From NCBI GenBank assembly GCA_951406725.2, contig OX597833.1:68882001-68946000 (forward strand): a stretch of DNA of 64,000 nucleotides, written 5' to 3'. The notes below the pieces were generated by a model that saw only the letters and a list, made by a program, of their open reading frames with translations, had not been told where the DNA came from and did no database searches. The position numbers were made by a program, and so were the translations under genes. Position 1 is the stretch's first letter. The number at the start of each line of letters is the position of its first letter. The DNA comes from Octopus vulgaris (taxonomy: Eukaryota). This document shows positions 62,751-64,000 of this stretch, one piece after another.

Positions 62751-63341
62751 TCAATTTGAATTATTCATTTGGCCCAAAATTTCGTCGAATAAACATAACG
62801 TATCTGCACACGCATTGTGCATACCACGTCAAAGTAAAGAGATTTACAACGTTTATGTGGAGTAAAATATTGACTCAAGATTATTGTGGCTTGCCATAAA
62901 ATACTTTCTACATTGTCTTGCGAAAATACAGTAAATCATGAGAGGAAACCTGAGAGGAGTGATGAGTTATTGCTCGATAATTAATCAAAAGGAGAATGTG
63001 TGCATTGTTGATTTAGTGTCTTGACGTAAGAATTGGAAATCTAAATTTTTAATATCTCGCCCTTCAATAAAGAACATGAAAAATAAGAAATGAACTGTCA
63101 AAAGAGAAAAGCATTAATGGCTGGCAAATCCGCATAGTGCGATTGGAAAACAAATGGCTTACATTCCGCAGAACTGCTGGAGATCTCTCTCTCTCTCTCT
63201 CTCACGCAGCAAGACAGAAATATAGAAAGCTATATAGACAGAAGATACATAGCTAAAGAGATAGCGATCGAAATAAGGACATATAGTTGTGTTTAGAGAG
63301 AGTAAAGAAAGAAATACGCAACTTGCGGGTGTCTATACTAC

Positions 63342-63399
<58 letters not shown>

Positions 63400-63957
63400 A
63401 TGTGCTAGATCACACATTTTAGCTATAATTTATCAAACATCATAGTATATTTCATTTATTGATGACTTCACTATCAAATGTAGTCTCATGTAGCTTTTTG
63501 GTAATAATCTCTGCTATCCAATACATAATTTCCTCCAAAGGAATCATATAAGATGGGTTTTTTTTCCTCATGCAAACAACGTTCAATTATTTTCTATATT
63601 TGCATCTAAATTTATCTGAAAATCTTATTTGCTTCAAAATTTCAACAACGTGTTTTCGCTCCTCCCATTTTCCCATCCAAATGGCGGTTTCTTATTTTAC
63701 TTTAGCTTTGTTCTTCGTTACAATAGTGTTCATTAAATAATTTATCACCATCTACAAGTATGGAGAATAGCATGACGTTTTGTTTTCATATCCTACAACG
63801 TGACGCTATTTTTCAATGTATTTCTTTCAGTATATGAATGAACATTATAAGCGTGAATATTTGTAAACATTTTTTTATTGCACTCTTTTCTGTATAAATC
63901 CAAATTATAACAGGCATTCATAGATATTTAAATTTACATTCGTTTCTATAAGAAACG

Positions 63958-64000
63958 TGGAAGCGCGTGGCTTAGTGTAGTGCTTAGGGTGTCAGCACCA
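63958..64000 (+). mobile_element. Start of SINE family C (truncated by window edge)
   Basis: GAAGCGCGTGGCTTAGTG head similar to 7123. Confidence 0.5.

Overview
AT-rich eukaryotic DNA dense in microsatellites and SINEs. The SINE families resemble those I recall from octopus genomes (inference, not database-checked). No intact protein-coding gene can be supported, and most ORFs in the track are translations of simple repeats. Identifiable content: (1) many tRNA-derived SINE copies from four families, some nested and with a recurring TATATTC target site; (2) a Penelope-like retroelement 3' fragment (GIY-YIG endonuclease) and at least 8 hammerhead-ribozyme-like motifs, most in short elements embedded in (TA)n/(TG)n tracts; (3) remnants of RTE, CR1/L2 and R4/Dong-type LINEs, three non-autonomous Helitrons, two mariner-type MITEs and several fold-backs; (4) a duplication-inversion-duplication rearrangement and a 28-bp minisatellite. 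The main hidden signal: much of the apparently unique DNA between repeats translates, with frameshifts and stops, into motifs of the fibrinogen C-terminal domain (FReD) in the correct order. I see about 20 such segments on both strands, suggesting a large decayed FReD gene array. This call rests on by-eye motif matching and needs an HMM search.
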